Shown: positions 36,750 to 49,714 of the stretch, piece by piece | Layout: every line of letters begins with the position of its first letter | How positions within the stretch are numbered: position 1 is the first letter of the stretch | Assembly: GCF_964188315.1 (NCBI RefSeq) | Contig: NC_135668.1 | Location: forward strand, 31,248,001-31,312,000 | Direction: 5' to 3' | Source: Podarcis muralis | Taxonomy: Eukaryota | DNA length: 64,000 nucleotides | Notes under the pieces: generated by a model | The model's input: the letters and a program-made list of their open reading frames with translations, nothing else | The model's database searches: none | What the model was told of the DNA's origin: nothing | Translations under genes and position numbers: made by a program

Positions 36750-37535
36750 CTATGCGGTATAGAGCATGTGCTTTGCACGCAGAAGGCCCCACGGGTGGGA
36801 TTTCCAGATATGGCTGGGAACCTTGGAGAGTTGCTGCCAGTCAGTGTAGACGGTACAGGCTAGATGGACTCAAATAATCTGACTTTGTGTAGGGCAGCTT
36901 CCTATGTCCTTGCTTAAACCAGCTGTTTATTTAGAACCATGTGGACTGGATTCTTCCTCAACCTTGGGTCCCAAGATGTTGCTGGGCTATCACTCCCATC
37001 ATTCCTAGCCAGCATGGCGAGGGGTCAGATATGATGGGCGTTGTAGTTCAAGAACATCGGGAGACCCAAGGTCGAGAAAGATCATGGCTTGGAAGAACAT
37101 TCTCACTTCAGTTTGCATACAAAAAAAAAAGTCTGTTTTTAGTCCCCACCGGCATCTTCAGGTGGGAGTCAGAAAGACCTTTGCTTGAAACCCTCGAGAG
37201 CCACTGCCACTGTTGACAATACTGAGCTAGATGGAATCTTACTTTGTAGGGAAGGAATATAAACACTTGCTTTGCACACACAAACTCCCAGGTTCAGTTC
37301 CCATCAGCATCTCCAGGTGGGAGTAAGAAAGACCCCTGTCTGAAAACCTAGAGAGCCACTGGGCCATATATAGATCCATAACTTAGCAGTAGAGCAACTG
37401 CTTGGCATGCAGCTGGTCCCATATTCCACCTTCAGCATCTCCAGGTTGAGCTGCCCTTACCTGAGACCCTGGAGAGCCACAGCTGTTCAGTGTAGAAACA
37501 CTACTGAGCTCGATAGGGCAATTTCCTATGTACTC
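36750..37535 (+). mobile_element. Cluster of about four Squam3-type SINE copies plus a hAT MITE in PALB2 intron 1
   Basis: Repeated GAGAGCCACTGCC(A/C)...ACTGAGCTAGATGG / GGCAGCTTCCTATG motifs at ~36750, 37090, 37250 and 37390. Confidence 0.75.
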
Positions 37536-37893
37536 CTTTTGGAGATCTGTTTAAACCAGCCTCTCCCAACTTTGTGCCCTCCAGATGTTAGGCCTATAAC
37601 CCCTATCAGCCCCAACATCATACAGCTGTGTTGGCTGGGGCTGTTGGGAGTTGCACTCCCAAAAACCTGGAGGGCACTAGATTGAGGGAGGCCAGTTTAT
37701 ACTGTTGGGGATGCGGTTTTAAGTTACACAGAACCCTTCATTTTGAGTACATTGTTTTGGTGTGCAGTCTTGTGTTCCTCCTTCCTCCAGCAAGACCAAG
37801 TGTTTGGCAATGCAGTTCATGTAGCTGCTGCCTTCCTAAATCTTGTTTTAAAACAACTTGTGGTGACCACCTTGTAACATCTTTGTCTTCCAG

Positions 37894-37953
37894 CTGAAAG
37901 AAAAGTTGGCCTTATTGAAAAGAGAATACAGCAAAACATTCCACAGGTTACAG
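37894..37953 (+). CDS. PALB2: PALB2 exon 2 (BRCA1-binding coiled coil)
   Basis: LKEKLALLKREYSKTFHRLQ; 60 bp. Confidence 0.97.
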
Positions 37954-38357
37954 GTAAGTAAACAATAGTGTCTGCCAAGGACTTATAAGCAAGGTCCTGA
38001 GGGCAGCAACACGAGAGCAGGTCTTTTCTGCAGTGGCCCCTCGCTTGTGGAATGTGCTCCCTGGGGACGCTCACCTGACTCCTTCCTTACATATCTTTAG
38101 GTGCCAGGCAAAAACATTCCTCTTCTTCCAGGCCTTGGTTAATTAAACAATCTATGGCCTTTAAACTGGGGAGGGGGGTATTGTTTTGTTTGTTACTATA
38201 GTGTGTAATTTTGTGTTTCTGTGTTGTAAACCCCTCCTGTGATCATCTAATTAAGAGTGATACAAAATTTTAATAAATAATAATATTTTTGGCAGAAAAT
38301 GAAATCACATCTGATTAAGCACCGGTCTTCCCATTACCCTTTTTATTGTTTTTGTAG

Positions 38358-38457
38358 CGTGCTGAAAGAGCTGAAAAGGTGAACAACTATGTCAAGAAAA
38401 CGGTTGCAGAGAAAAACCTGTTGCTTATGCAAGAGGAAGCTGAGGGGGACCTTGCAG
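38358..38457 (+). CDS. PALB2: PALB2 exon 3
   Basis: RAERAEKVNNYVKKTVAEKNLLLMQEEAEGDLA; 100 bp, ends in phase 1. Confidence 0.93.
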
Positions 38458-39159
38458 GTAAGCCTGGAAAGGCAGATCCATGGTTCTTTGGGTGTTTATC
38501 TGTCCTGATGAAGTCATTGCTCCATGGCTCTCACTCTTGTATTATAGGCTCATTCTACCTTTCCCAAAAGGCAGAGCACTTTTTGTATTGCACCCAATGC
38601 TGTTCTTGGGCAGGCCTCTTGGGCTGAGGACTAAGTGAGACCATTACAGGGAGTTGCCATAAAACTTAAATTAATTTTTCTTCTGTTGTTTCTGCTCCAA
38701 AACTTTGCATTGTTGAGATCTTGGATTCTGTTCACTTAGAATCCCGCACATTTTCTGTTTGGCTATGTACAGATGAGGCCTGGTGTTCCAGTTCAGAACT
38801 AGCCCCTTACTCTGGGGTACTTGTGAGTGCTTATTTTCTAAAATGAGGGGAACTGGGACTAAAGCCATCTTAAAAATTGTGCTGGGTGGACTAAGGACTG
38901 TGAACTCAGTTCTAGCACTCAATTATTTAATTCTAAGTGTTTTTTATACCTGACTCTGATGAATCTCTGGGTTTTAATTTTTAAAAAAGGAAAGTTGATT
39001 TGTCAAGCCTGAACTCTGCTCTCCACTCTTTAGGAAGTGAAACAGAGTCTTATGTTAAACTGCCTTTGTAGTTTTCAACTTTTTTGATTAAAATGCGCTT
39101 CGTTTTGCTGTTCTGTGTGCTTCCTTGATGGCAGTGTGCTGTTATTTTTTCCTTCACAG

Positions 39160-40812
39160 ATGGTGGCTGTTCAAAGAAGAGCACTGCAAAAGCTGCATCA
39201 GTCACCTTCAAGCCTGAGGCCTTCAACCAAGAAGACAGCTTGCTAGGAAACTTGAGTTCTTCGTGTAGCAACCAGGACCGCAAAAGGGTTCTCTTTAGTC
39301 CTGTTCTTAAGAAAAACCAGAATAGTTTGTCAAGAAGTAGAACCAAAGTGCAACAGAGAGCATCTTTGGCTTTGGAGGAAAGAGAAGAATCTACATGGGA
39401 TGCACATCTGGGAAATGTGGGACCCCAGCCAGAGAGCTCCCAGGGCTCCAGGTCGCCAGTTTTCAACAGAAGTGACAGTTTATTGGCGGACCATAGCATC
39501 CCAGTGGCCTCCTCAGGGAACACAGCTGAAGAAGGAAGAGGCAGCGATGTTTCTCCTGTGTTGCTGCATCTGGATTGTTTACAGGAAACATCTGGGCAAG
39601 CCACCTTTCTTCATGATCTGTCGCGTGAAAACCAGGAGTCTTCACCTGAGCATCTTTGTGAGGAAGGCCTGTTTGATAGCTCTGGAGGTCCAGCTGTCAA
39701 GAATATTGTGTCACCTGCAGACATGCAGATTGAATCTCCACAGATGGAGGAGGCAGGCCGATTTGCAGGCTTAGCTGTGACCATTGAGGCTGCCTCTCAT
39801 ACACATGGAATGCAGCAAGAAGGCAGCCGATGCCAGGAACCTCAGAAATTGGAGCTCAGCGGCAGTGACGCTCCCACCAGCAAGCCCAGTGGAAATGGTT
39901 TAGGGGATCAGCTTGAAGAAACTGGATCTCCCCTCCTGGATAGGGCTCCAGCCACACCTGCTAAGGATGTGCTGAGCTCTTGCACAGTAGTTGAGGGGCT
40001 CCTGTTTCCTGTTGAGTATTACGTAAGGACAACACGGCGAATGTCCAGTCAACAGAGGGAGGTGAACTTGGCGGCCGTCATTCAAACCCAGCTGGGCAAA
40101 AGTAGGAAAGGACAGAGAATTGTGTGCAAGGAGAAGAGCACAGATCCAGCCTCGCCGTCCTCCCAAGGGCAGACAGAAAGTGGTGAGCAGAGGGAGGCTG
40201 TTCCTTTCCCATTTCCCAATTCTGGTGCCAGCCCTGGCACTTCTCCTCTTCAGTCTCTTTCTAACAAGAACACATCTTCCAGCGGGGATCTAGTACAGAG
40301 TGAAGGCCTAGTGCAGCCCAGAAGAAAGAGAAAGCTGAGAGGGAGGTCTAATCACAAGGCCTTGTCCGCCACAGCAGAGGACCCAGCAGAGAATGTGGAG
40401 CTGACAATTCCCAAGGTTGATAGTTCTCTTGTGCCAAGTGAAGCTCAGGGAAGGAAGGAAAACCACCATGGAAGAGACAAAGCCACAGTGCTTTACACTA
40501 CAGCTGGTGGCAGCGTGGAATCCAAGCCGAGTGGCAGAAAATGGCCGGCAGGGTCTGCAGTTTCTGCTTCCACACACCCTGAGACTGTCCATGTCTCACA
40601 GGTGGTGAACTCAAAGGCCAGTGTTCCCTCCAGCTTCATGGGAAGCCTGGAAGAAAATGACAAGACATGTTGTCCTGACAGTGGGTCTCCTGAGCAGGCT
40701 GGGAATTGGAACAACGCTGGGGTCAATCTGGCACAAGTGGATAGAGACCCCTTGCCTCACTATGCACCCCTAGTTGCCTCTGTGAAATGCAAGCGGAGGG
40801 GAGCACCCCGAG
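39160..40812 (+). CDS. PALB2: PALB2 exon 4 (contains ChAM)
   Basis: Open frame; ChAM motif SCTVVEGLLFPVEYYVRTTRRMS...VIQTQL; acceptor ttcacAG; donor CGAG|GTATGT; phase 1 to phase 1. Confidence 0.9.
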
Positions 40813-41200
40813 GTATGTGCCCCCTGGACCCAGAGCTCGTTCAGCTTTATCACCCAGGGGCAGCTTGGGGAGGGGGCTCCTACTTGGTCCCTTTAGAGCA
40901 AGGGTCGCCAATGCAGTATTTGTGGGCACCACAGTGCCCACCAGTTTCTCCAGTGGCTCTCATGAAAGGCCTCAGTAAATATCCCCTCGGGAATATTTTG
41001 CTCATTTCCTGTGTACACTGGCTTAGCTTCTTCAGTGGAGACCCCTCCCCATGAGGCAAGTTGAGAAAGCTCCCTTAGGTGGCGTATTTTCATGAGGGTG
41101 GGTGGGCTGACCTGCAGGATCTCCTTAGGAAGTTCTTTGTGACTGGCCCCTTTGAAGTGAGTTGGAGGTGCTGTGCAGCTGGCACACAAGAGGAGCTCCC

Positions 41201-41202
<2 letters not shown>

Positions 41203-41229
<27 letters not shown>
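41203..41229. repeat. (GATT)n microsatellite
   Basis: About 7 units. Confidence 0.9.
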
Positions 41230-41231
<2 letters not shown>

Positions 41232-41605
41232 GCCCCATACTAATTGGGGATGGGGAGGGTTTTTGGATTTCCAGCTTGATCACTATATGCTAATTTTACA
41301 GGCCCCTTGGTGGTCTTTGATATTTCCCCATTGTTTTGGGGCCTTATTGAGCTGGGGGATGGGGGCAGAGGACAAGGCTTTTCAAAATGTCCCTGGAAGC
41401 ACACAGGTCCTTTGCAGGGGAGTTCACAGCTTAGAGCATCTAGGTGATTCAGCAAAGGACACCTGAGAGCATGTTTCGAACCAGCAGGTCTCCTGCTGCT
41501 AATTTGAAGCAGGGTGGCTTTAAGGATCCCAGGAGCCCTTCTAGAGTAAGATCCTCACAACTGCAGTGAATGCCAGGCTAAGCTGTTTCTCTTTTGTATT
41601 TGCAG

Positions 41606-42354
41606 GTAGAAGGAGGGCCAGCCTGCCTGTGGAATCTCGGGATCCTACCTCACTTTACCTCTTTGGGACAGGTTCCCCCAAATTGTCCCTTCCTTTTCAT
41701 GGCAAGAGAAGTAAGATGTCCAGTCTTGAATGGCTGCCCTGTGGCTTAGAGCTCCAAGAATTCCACCTACCTGAAGATGAATTTGGGCTCCTTAAACTGG
41801 AAAAGCTCAAAGCCTGTGCTGTAAATCTGCCGGAGACTTTTGACACTGGCCAGTCAGCCAAGTGCCTCCAGGACACTAGTGGGGCTGGCTTTGAGAAAGA
41901 TTCAGCACTAGGAGAGAATCCCATTTCCCTGGAGAAAGAGCCACCCTTTCCAGTGGGCTCGCCTCGGAAAGCTCTTCCATCAACTGAGTTGTTCCTCTCT
42001 CTAGCCCTGGAGGGTGTCCCAGAGTCCCAGCTGCCTACCCCAGTTTTCCCCCGTTTGGGGGCAACCCCAGCCTCCCAGGCCTTGCCAGGCACACCTGGCG
42101 CATCTGCTTTGCAAGCTCATGCCAGCCCTGAGCCAGGGGACTCTGCAGGTATTTCTGCCTTGCCCAGGAGCAGGCAAGAGGAAGAAGAGGGAGGTGGCGA
42201 AAGGATGCCCTCATTGTCACAAGGCCAAAGGGAAAAGAGCTGGAAGCCTGATGAGGACGTGGCCAGCTTTGAAGAAAGGCTGCTATCAGCTGGCGAGTCT
42301 GTTGAGTGTTACAAGGAATCCCCCAAACAGGAAGAAAGAGCAGAGGAGCCTATG
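41606..42354 (+). CDS. PALB2: PALB2 exon 5 (MRG15-binding FxLP motif)
   Basis: LQEFHLPEDEFGLLKLEKLK matches human DFQLPDEDFGPLKLEKVK; donor inferred at ATG|GTTGGT (weak, 3' boundary less certain). Confidence 0.85.
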
Positions 42355-43518
42355 GTTGGTTGGTTTATTCATACCATTTCTGTGCTGCTTTCCAAACAGT
42401 GCACAAACAACAATCAACAAGAGCAGAGCATCATATTTACAGCACAAGTTATATAATTAAGAGTTTCAATGAAACAAAAGAGCAGCTAAAAATGCAGCTT
42501 AACATTATTACTCACTCCACCCACATTCTGCTGTAATTATCAATCAGTGATTGCACACTCTTGCTGGGTGGTACCAACCGCTCTCTGCTTTTGGTCATAA
42601 TTGTAGAGGTCTCTGGGATTCCCAAGGAGAAAGCAGAGGCGTTTCTGTCAGAGCTGCAGGCTTGACCTTCCAGGAACTGCAGTTATAATCAAAACTCGCT
42701 CCCTTGTGTACCTCTTTCTTTCCTTTCTCTTGGCTCCATGACACTCCCTGTTCTTTGGCCCTGCCTAAGTTTCCCACAGCCTCTCTGCGTCTTTCCCTTT
42801 CTTTGCTTCCATGTCTTGCCCGTTTCTCCCTCCCTTCATCCCTCAGTCTCTGCCCATTCCTCAGGTTCTTGTTGCCTACTGTGCCGTCTTTCTTTGGTCA
42901 CCTTCACCTGGAGTTCACTTGGGTCCCCTTAGCTACCCATCCCTCAACATTCCTGCCTACTCAGCCTGTTTCTGCCAACACCTCTCTCCAGTCATTCAGC
43001 CCTGTGTGAGAGTCCCCCCACCTTTCCCAGCCAGATCGACTTTTCTTTCACAGAAGCTGCATCAATTGCCAGGGTACTGTGGCTGAAACCTTATCTCTGA
43101 GCAGGTAGAATGTTCATGAGCATTCCAAGACCATTCCCAGCAAGGGGCAAGTCACTGTTGGTTTTTAGCCTACTAGGTGCGGAATACCCTTGCGTCCAAA
43201 AGAAGGCAACCTAGTTCAAGTTTCCTCCCTTAGGCAGGATATTTCATGCATAAATCCTTGGTATAGCCTACCTTGAGTGGGAGACTTCTGTCGCTCTACA
43301 TGCTGCTGAACTGCATCTCCCAACAGCCCCTTTAGGCATGATGGGAGTTGCAGATCAACAGAATGTGGAGCACCAAAGGTTCCCCACCTCATTCAAGGGG
43401 TTGGAATATTGAGAGTTCATGTTTCACCTTAACTTCCTGGAATCTTGATTTGGGACAACTGTGCTTGAGCCAAGCTTAGGTACCCTTGTCTGCCCAAAAT
43501 CACATTTCTGCAGATGTA

Positions 43519-43522
43519 ATAG

Positions 43523-43569
<47 letters not shown>

Positions 43570-43570
43570 C
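43519..43570. repeat. (AAT)n-rich microsatellite
   Basis: Imperfect AAT/ACT run next to an inverted L2 tail. Confidence 0.85.
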
Positions 43571-43864
43571 ATTTTATTTATATCCCGCCCTCCCTGGCCA
43601 GAACCGGGCTCAGGGCGGCTAACATCAAAATATATGATACATTAAAACATTACACTTACAGTTTTGGCAACTCAGTACACTCCAATTAAATAAAACCGAA
43701 CAAATCTAGCCAAACATCAAGTACCTATATGGCTAACAATTATTGCATTGCTTATCAACCTACTATTAGCATCCCAGGTGCCTGGTGCTTAAGAGACAGG
43801 TGGGAACTCTGCTGCCCGGAAGCCATATGGTTCTTCATTTTATTACCTTGATGTTTTATTGCAG

Positions 43865-43939
43865 AATGAAGTGACCGTAGAAGACCTAGCGGAGGACAGC
43901 CAGAGAAAAGGGAGCTTGCGGATGACCTCAAAACTAAAG
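43865..43939 (+). CDS. PALB2: PALB2 exon 6
   Basis: NEVTVEDLAEDSQRKGSLRMTSKLK, resembling human ...GNLQLVSELK; phase 0. Confidence 0.85.
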
Positions 43940-44900
43940 GTCAAAGAAGAAAACCATGTCACTTTTTGAAAAAGTGCTTTATTGATGTAAATGCATGTCT
44001 GCCCCCCCTTTTTTAAATGCCTTGTTCCGATTCTACCTACTTCTGGACACAGATGTGTCCTTTTTCCCCTGGAGGTTGGGCCCTACATGGACAATGTTAT
44101 TCAGGCTTGCTAGGACTGATTCACGCTTTTGTTTATTTTGCCTTTTATATACTTTTATTCTGTTTTATTGGTTTGGGTTTTTCATTATAATGGATATTTA
44201 TTTATATTGTACGTAGCTTACACTGCTTAGGGATTAAAAAAATTAAGCGGCTCAGAAATGGTTATGAATATGTAACAAAATATTGTAGAGCTGCAGATAG
44301 CCACTTGCCTGTGGAGTTGAGAGGAGTGGCACAGTGGCCCCCACCCTCTTGGGTGCTCTCCTTTCTCTTGCATCCTGCCATCGCTCTCTCCTTTCCTAGG
44401 ACAGGCCTCCAGGATAGTGCCAAGAATCCTGCTTTTTTTTTTTTTTGCATGTGTGTTTGTGGAGGACAGAAGTATTGTGGTTGGGTCCCATGTGTGCTCT
44501 CCCTCTCAGTCTCAAGAGGTGGGGAGGAAGTGGAAGGGCAGGATTAGCCGGGTTCAAGTATGTGCAAGTACTTGACGTCGTCAGGGCATCTGGCATGAAC
44601 AGGAGAAAGGCCTTTAGAAATGAAGCACCGAGAGACCACATCTGGTCCATAATGGGAGGAAGGCCTGGATTGTGCAGGTGCTTTCCTGGCAAGCTTGAGC
44701 CTCGGCCCCTTTATTGAGCTAGCCGCTGGTCTGGTGCCTGCACACATCCCGTAAGCTGCTTTTCCCTGTGTAGGGGAGCACCAACCCGCTGCTGCTGCTG
44801 CTGCTGGAAGCTCTTTGTGGCACATGATTTGCCTTTGCTGGCAACATTTCCCTCCCACCCACCTGCCCCCTATTGATTCTTTCTCTCTTGTTTTGTACAG

Positions 44901-45062
44901 AGCTGCTCTGGATCATGCTCGGTGGACGTGGGCACCGTGTGGTGGGAGGCCGCTGACTTCACAGCACTGTGTGTTGTGACAGCTTGTGAGGCTTCCGTTT
45001 CCCTCTGGAGGCATCTGGAGTCCGGCCACTGGGGCTGTGTGCACACCTGGCACTTTACAAAG
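44901..45062 (+). CDS. PALB2: PALB2 exon 7 (WD40)
   Basis: SCSGSCSVDVGTVWWE...VTACEASVSLW...TWHFTK; 162 bp. Confidence 0.96.
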
Positions 45063-45353
45063 GTTAGAAAGAAGGGGTCTTTACTCCTTCTGAAATAGAA
45101 TATGTGTGGTCTGCCCCATGGTGGCTATCATAGCACCAACAACTTGCTGCAGTTGCCCTTGAGTAACTTCTGGAAACAAAAACTGGCTCTGGGCTTCTTC
45201 CCATTGGAGCATCTGGTTGGTCCTTGGGAGAGCAACATGCAGGACTAGATGGGCCCCCTTTGGTCTCTTCCAGCAGCCAGGCTCTTCTTGTCCTGGGAGG
45301 GGGAGCACGGATGAGGAGGAAGAGAGTTGATTCTTGTTACTCTGGTTCCCCAG

Positions 45354-45439
45354 GTTCCGGTCATTCAGATTGTTCCTCTTCCAGGTGTCCAGAGCCTTGT
45401 GTGTGTTGCATTGGGAGGACTGGAGATTTCAGAGATCAG
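45354..45439 (+). CDS. PALB2: PALB2 exon 8 (WD40)
   Basis: [28 protein letters not shown]; 86 bp. Confidence 0.96.
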
Positions 45440-46611
45440 GTGAGTTGTGCCTGTTTTCAGAGATCCAAAATGTGTGTTCCTCTGCAACATAATCATTGTG
45501 CACCTTAAGTGTTACTTTAAAAACGCTTTTTGGCCTCTGAGTAGAGGCCAGCTCTACTGTTGTGGCCTTGAGGAAGGAACCTTGACAGTTAAGTCTTTGT
45601 GGTTATTTCAGAGTGCTGCTGCAGAGAAGTGAGATTGACCCTCTTATAACATGATGCTCTGCTCTTTGGGTATTAATAACTCATCCAACTGTACTTCTGT
45701 TAGGGCGGCTGAAATGTCACGAAATAGTGTGCAGACTCTCAAATGCACCTCATCTCTGTCTCTTCCACTATCCCACTTTGCATTGCTTGCCATCTAGCCT
45801 GATGGAGATCTCCTAGAAGTTATGTCTACCAACTAGAATAGCTTTAGAAGAGTAGGATAAGGCCATGAATGGCTACTAGTCATGATGGCTATGTTCTACC
45901 TCCACTTTCAGAGGAAGCATCCTCTGAATACAAGTTGTTCGGAATCACAAGTGAGGAGAGGGCTACAGTTGCATTCAGGTTCCCCTTGTGGACTTCCCAG
46001 AAGCATCTGGTTGGCCTCTATGATGCTGGACAAGATGGGCCTTTGGTATTTGGTCTGATTCAGCAGGGCCTTTTTTATGTTCTTCATTTCAGAGAACTCG
46101 AAAGCTTGCAGAGTATTTTCTGACATTTCAGCTGGTTTAATAAAGGTATTGCTCTAATACGGATTTTGCAATGCTTCTTACAGACCAGTACAGTTACCTT
46201 TCACCTTCTTAGCAAGCGGTGCTACAGGTTACTGAGTTATCACAGTTATGCATAGAAAAAGACACAGGAAACCTCCCATCAATGACTTTGTGGCCTTTGG
46301 GAGAAGCAGAAATACAGAATTTCCTTGCAGTGCTCTGTAAAAGAGCTGAACATAGCAGACCCTTTTCATAGTGAACATGAATACACCCAAATCTCAGAAG
46401 TTCACAATACATACTGTAAGACAGAGACAAGGAATTATGAGGGCTGCCTTGTCAAATAACCCTGTTTTTCTTGCACGGTAGCACAGAGATGTTACCAATA
46501 CACTAAGGTTCTCAGCATACCTGCCTGAAGTAAGTGCCATTGACATAAGGGAGGGATTACAAACATGCTTGGAATCGGGGCCAAAAGCTACCATGTCACC
46601 TTTTCTTCTAG

Positions 46612-46773
46612 GTTCTTGTTTTATTCTTCTGAAGATGGCTGTGTTAAGCAACCCCTCGTCAAAACTGGAAACATAAATGCTGTTCTTGGACTAAAGAATA
46701 GGAGGCTGGTCAGTAGTTGTGGGTCACTCCAAGACCAAGAAGTGGAAGTCCTCTCTTTCTCTGAGACAGGAAG
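46612..46773 (+). CDS. PALB2: PALB2 exon 9 (WD40)
   Basis: ...[37 protein letters not shown]; 162 bp. Confidence 0.96.
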
Positions 46774-46936
46774 GTGAGAGGTGGCAGCAGTGGGAAAGGA
46801 AAGTTGGTGTTGGGGTGGGGGTTCCACTGATCTCCTAGAGCAGCAGCAGAGACAAAAGGTGTTTTGCTGTGTTTGAGACATCTTCTACTTCTTTCAGCTT
46901 GGTTTCAACATCCCTGGGGGTTTCTTTTGTTTCTAG

Positions 46937-47053
46937 GAGTAAAGAGAGGCAGGCTTTGATGCCTCCTGAAGAGACTGTTTTGGCTTTTGCTGAAGTGGAT
47001 GGGATGGAGGAGGCTTTAATTGCCTTGACTACCACAGATTGCTTGGTGGTCTG
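46937..47053 (+). CDS. PALB2: PALB2 exon 10 (WD40)
   Basis: [39 protein letters not shown]; 117 bp. Confidence 0.96.
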
Positions 47054-48048
47054 GTAAGCATCTGTATGGAGTTTACTTGCCCCACTGCCAGAACAAAGTT
47101 TTTCTCTAAATCTAAAAACTTCCCAGTGTCCTAAATTAATGAGACTCTGATGTTTGACTTATATTTCATAAGGAAACCAGAAGAAAGCTACACTGCAATT
47201 TTATAAACATATATTCCACCCCCACTCACATGGGAGGAAATATTTGTTTGTGGGGAGAGGAGACTAGTAAAGGACACTTTAAATATTTTTAAATGATTTT
47301 TTTAAATTAAGACTTGGTAATTCAACAGCATGCATTTGTCTTATATTGTTTAAATTTTGGGGTGGGGTGGAAACAGTATTTTTAACATGCTAATCTTAGC
47401 AAGCCCAGAAAGTCATGATTGATAGTGGATTTCCTGTGAACAGTCCTGAGACCTGTGAGTATAGAGTGGTATATTACTACTACTACTACTAATACTAATA
47501 CAGTTGTACCTTGGTTTCTGAACAGCCTAGTTCTCGATGTTTGGCTCCCAAACGATTGAAACCCGGAAGTGACTGAAACTCTCTTGGGTTTCAGACTGGG
47601 GAGCTTCTCCCAGCCCTACTTAGAGGGGCTAGAAATTGTACCTAAGACTTTTAAAATGCAAAACAGGTGCACTACCACTGAGCTACAGGCCCTTCTTTGT
47701 ACACAAAGCAAGCTACGCAAGCTGGCATCAGTAGCCCAGTTAACACGCCTGGCTTAGAGGCCCCTTCCCAGCTCACATCCATCTCCTTGGATAAGGGCGT
47801 AGCTGACAGGCAGCCGGTGGGAGAAGTCTCTCCTCTCCTAACTGAATCGGAACCAAGGCTTCAAAGCAGATAAACATACGTGACCTCATTTTTGCAGCGA
47901 CTAACATTTAGTCTTGGGGTTATCCTGACTATCAAGATGGTGTTTACAGGCCTTCCAGAACATTTTCACTGTTTGGTTCTACACACCACCTCCCCTTTTG
48001 CTGCACTCTGTACAGGAGCAGGTGACAATTTGCTTTCTCCTTTTGCAG

Positions 48049-48136
48049 GAACTTGACAACTGGGCAGCTGCTGAGGAAGGTGCCTCTTGGTTCTTCCTAC
48101 CCAGGATCTGTCTGCCACAAAGCCTATTCTGACTCG
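48049..48136 (+). CDS. PALB2: PALB2 exon 11 (WD40)
   Basis: NLTTGQLLRKVPLGSSYPGSVCHKAYSDS; 88 bp. Confidence 0.96.
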
Positions 48137-48742
48137 GTATGTCTCTTAAAGCAGGTTCTGCTCTGTGAAATACACAGTGCTGCAGTTTGGGCTAGGTCAA
48201 GGAGCAAGGCATCTTGGGGAAAAGGGGATCTGGGATTCAAGTTGCACCCTTGCCCTCCCCTGATGTTCTTGTCTTTGTGTTGCACTAGCTCCCTAGCTCT
48301 AGACACCACCAAGGTCCAACTTTGACCTTGAAGGCCCTAAATCCCTTTAGTTCTGCATTCCTAGGAGGTTGCCTTCCCTCCTACATCCCATTGCAGTGCA
48401 AGGCATCAGCAAAGTCTCCATCAATATAGCCTTCTGTTCTCTGGGTTAAAATGTTTCTGGATTGGCATCTAAGAGCTAGACCAAAACGTTTCCCGATCTG
48501 AGATTTTAACAGAAGCTCTGCTTTCAGTCAGGTTTGCAGCAAGCTGCGTGCAGCTTTCAGACTGCAGCATGCCTTGAGTATTTGAGGTGGGTTAGAAACA
48601 GAGTCACAATCTTGTTAAGGGGGTACCACTTTCCTGAGCCCTGGATCTCCTGTCCCTCCCCACAATTCCACCACCAGTCGCTGCTACTTCTGTTGCTTGC
48701 TGAATTAACATTTCTACTTGCTTTTCCTTCCTTGTGGATCAG

Positions 48743-48891
48743 GGCCTCCTGTTCGTAGTTCTGAGCCACCCGCATGCCAAGGAGAGCAACTCATGTGTGA
48801 ACCCTGCCTTCCAGGTGGTTGTGCTCAACCCCAAGACAGCGAGAAGTGCCAGGCTGATGTCCTTATCCCTTCCCCTGGGAATCACAGGAAG
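48743..48891 (+). CDS. PALB2: PALB2 exon 12 (WD40; GC donor)
   Basis: GLLFVVLSHPHAKESNSCVNPAFQVVVLNPKTARS...; 149 bp; donor AAG|GCAAGT. Confidence 0.93.
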
Positions 48892-49714
48892 GCAAGTTGT
48901 TGCTTGTTGTTGTTGTTTCTACCCATAAAACCAGCAGTTAGAGCAGATTGCAGCCAAACTAGGGTATGGGGGTCTGACTGCCCATTTAGCTCATTTCTTC
49001 CTACTCTGGCTGGCAGCAGTTCCCAGGCTCTCTGGCAGAGGTTTCTCCCAGTCCTGCTACCTCTGATAAGGTTAACTGAGCGCAGCAAGGACTGGGGATG
49101 TCCTGTATTCAAGGCACATGCTTCCCCTCCCCCACTTTCTTTCCAGCCCAGTGGAGCTACATTCCTGCTGATGCTTCTGTAGCTCTAGGTCACTGGGAGG
49201 GCACTGCCTCCTTCCTGCCAGCCTCCTGTGTAAATCTGATTTTAAGTACTGGAGCTTCCTGGACTCTGGTGAAGGGAGCTGCTTCCTCTGCAGCTCTTCA
49301 TGTCAGGAGTTCCTAATGAAGCCTTTGCTGACGTGTGTCATGATGGGTTATCGTTCAAGTGCAGACCACTTTCTGCTTGCCACCTTCTCTGCCCTTTGAA
49401 CATCCTGGACCTCTTCCACAAACAGCTTTTTTTCCTGGTTGATGATGAGGATCATTAAAACATGCTGTAACTTCCACTTTTATTTAAGCAGGCTTTTTAA
49501 GGATCCAGATTTTACTGCACTGTTGTGATTTTAACAGTGATTATTGTTGTATAAAGTTGTAGAAAAGTGTTAAATCTGTTTTTAATCGTGTGAGTCCTCT
49601 GTGTTTCTTGTTTTTATTTTGACTTTATGCTCTTGCATTTTAGTTCTACTTTTAAAAAATAATAATAGTTATGTTATGGGGCAGCATTAATCTGGATATT
49701 GCTTTTGGCTCTAG

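Noticed and set aside
39033-39070. Possible extra PALB2 micro-exon after a ctttAG
   Set aside because: In-frame stop in the required phase and no donor that preserves frame.
40813-41054. Extension of the 604-aa ORF beyond PALB2 exon 4
   Set aside because: Read-through past a good GTATGT donor into intron; the same applies to 42355-42456.
42600-43060. Pyrimidine-rich tract in PALB2 intron 5 reading as charged peptide on the minus strand
   Set aside because: Interrupted by stops; compositional bias only; possibly a decayed repeat.
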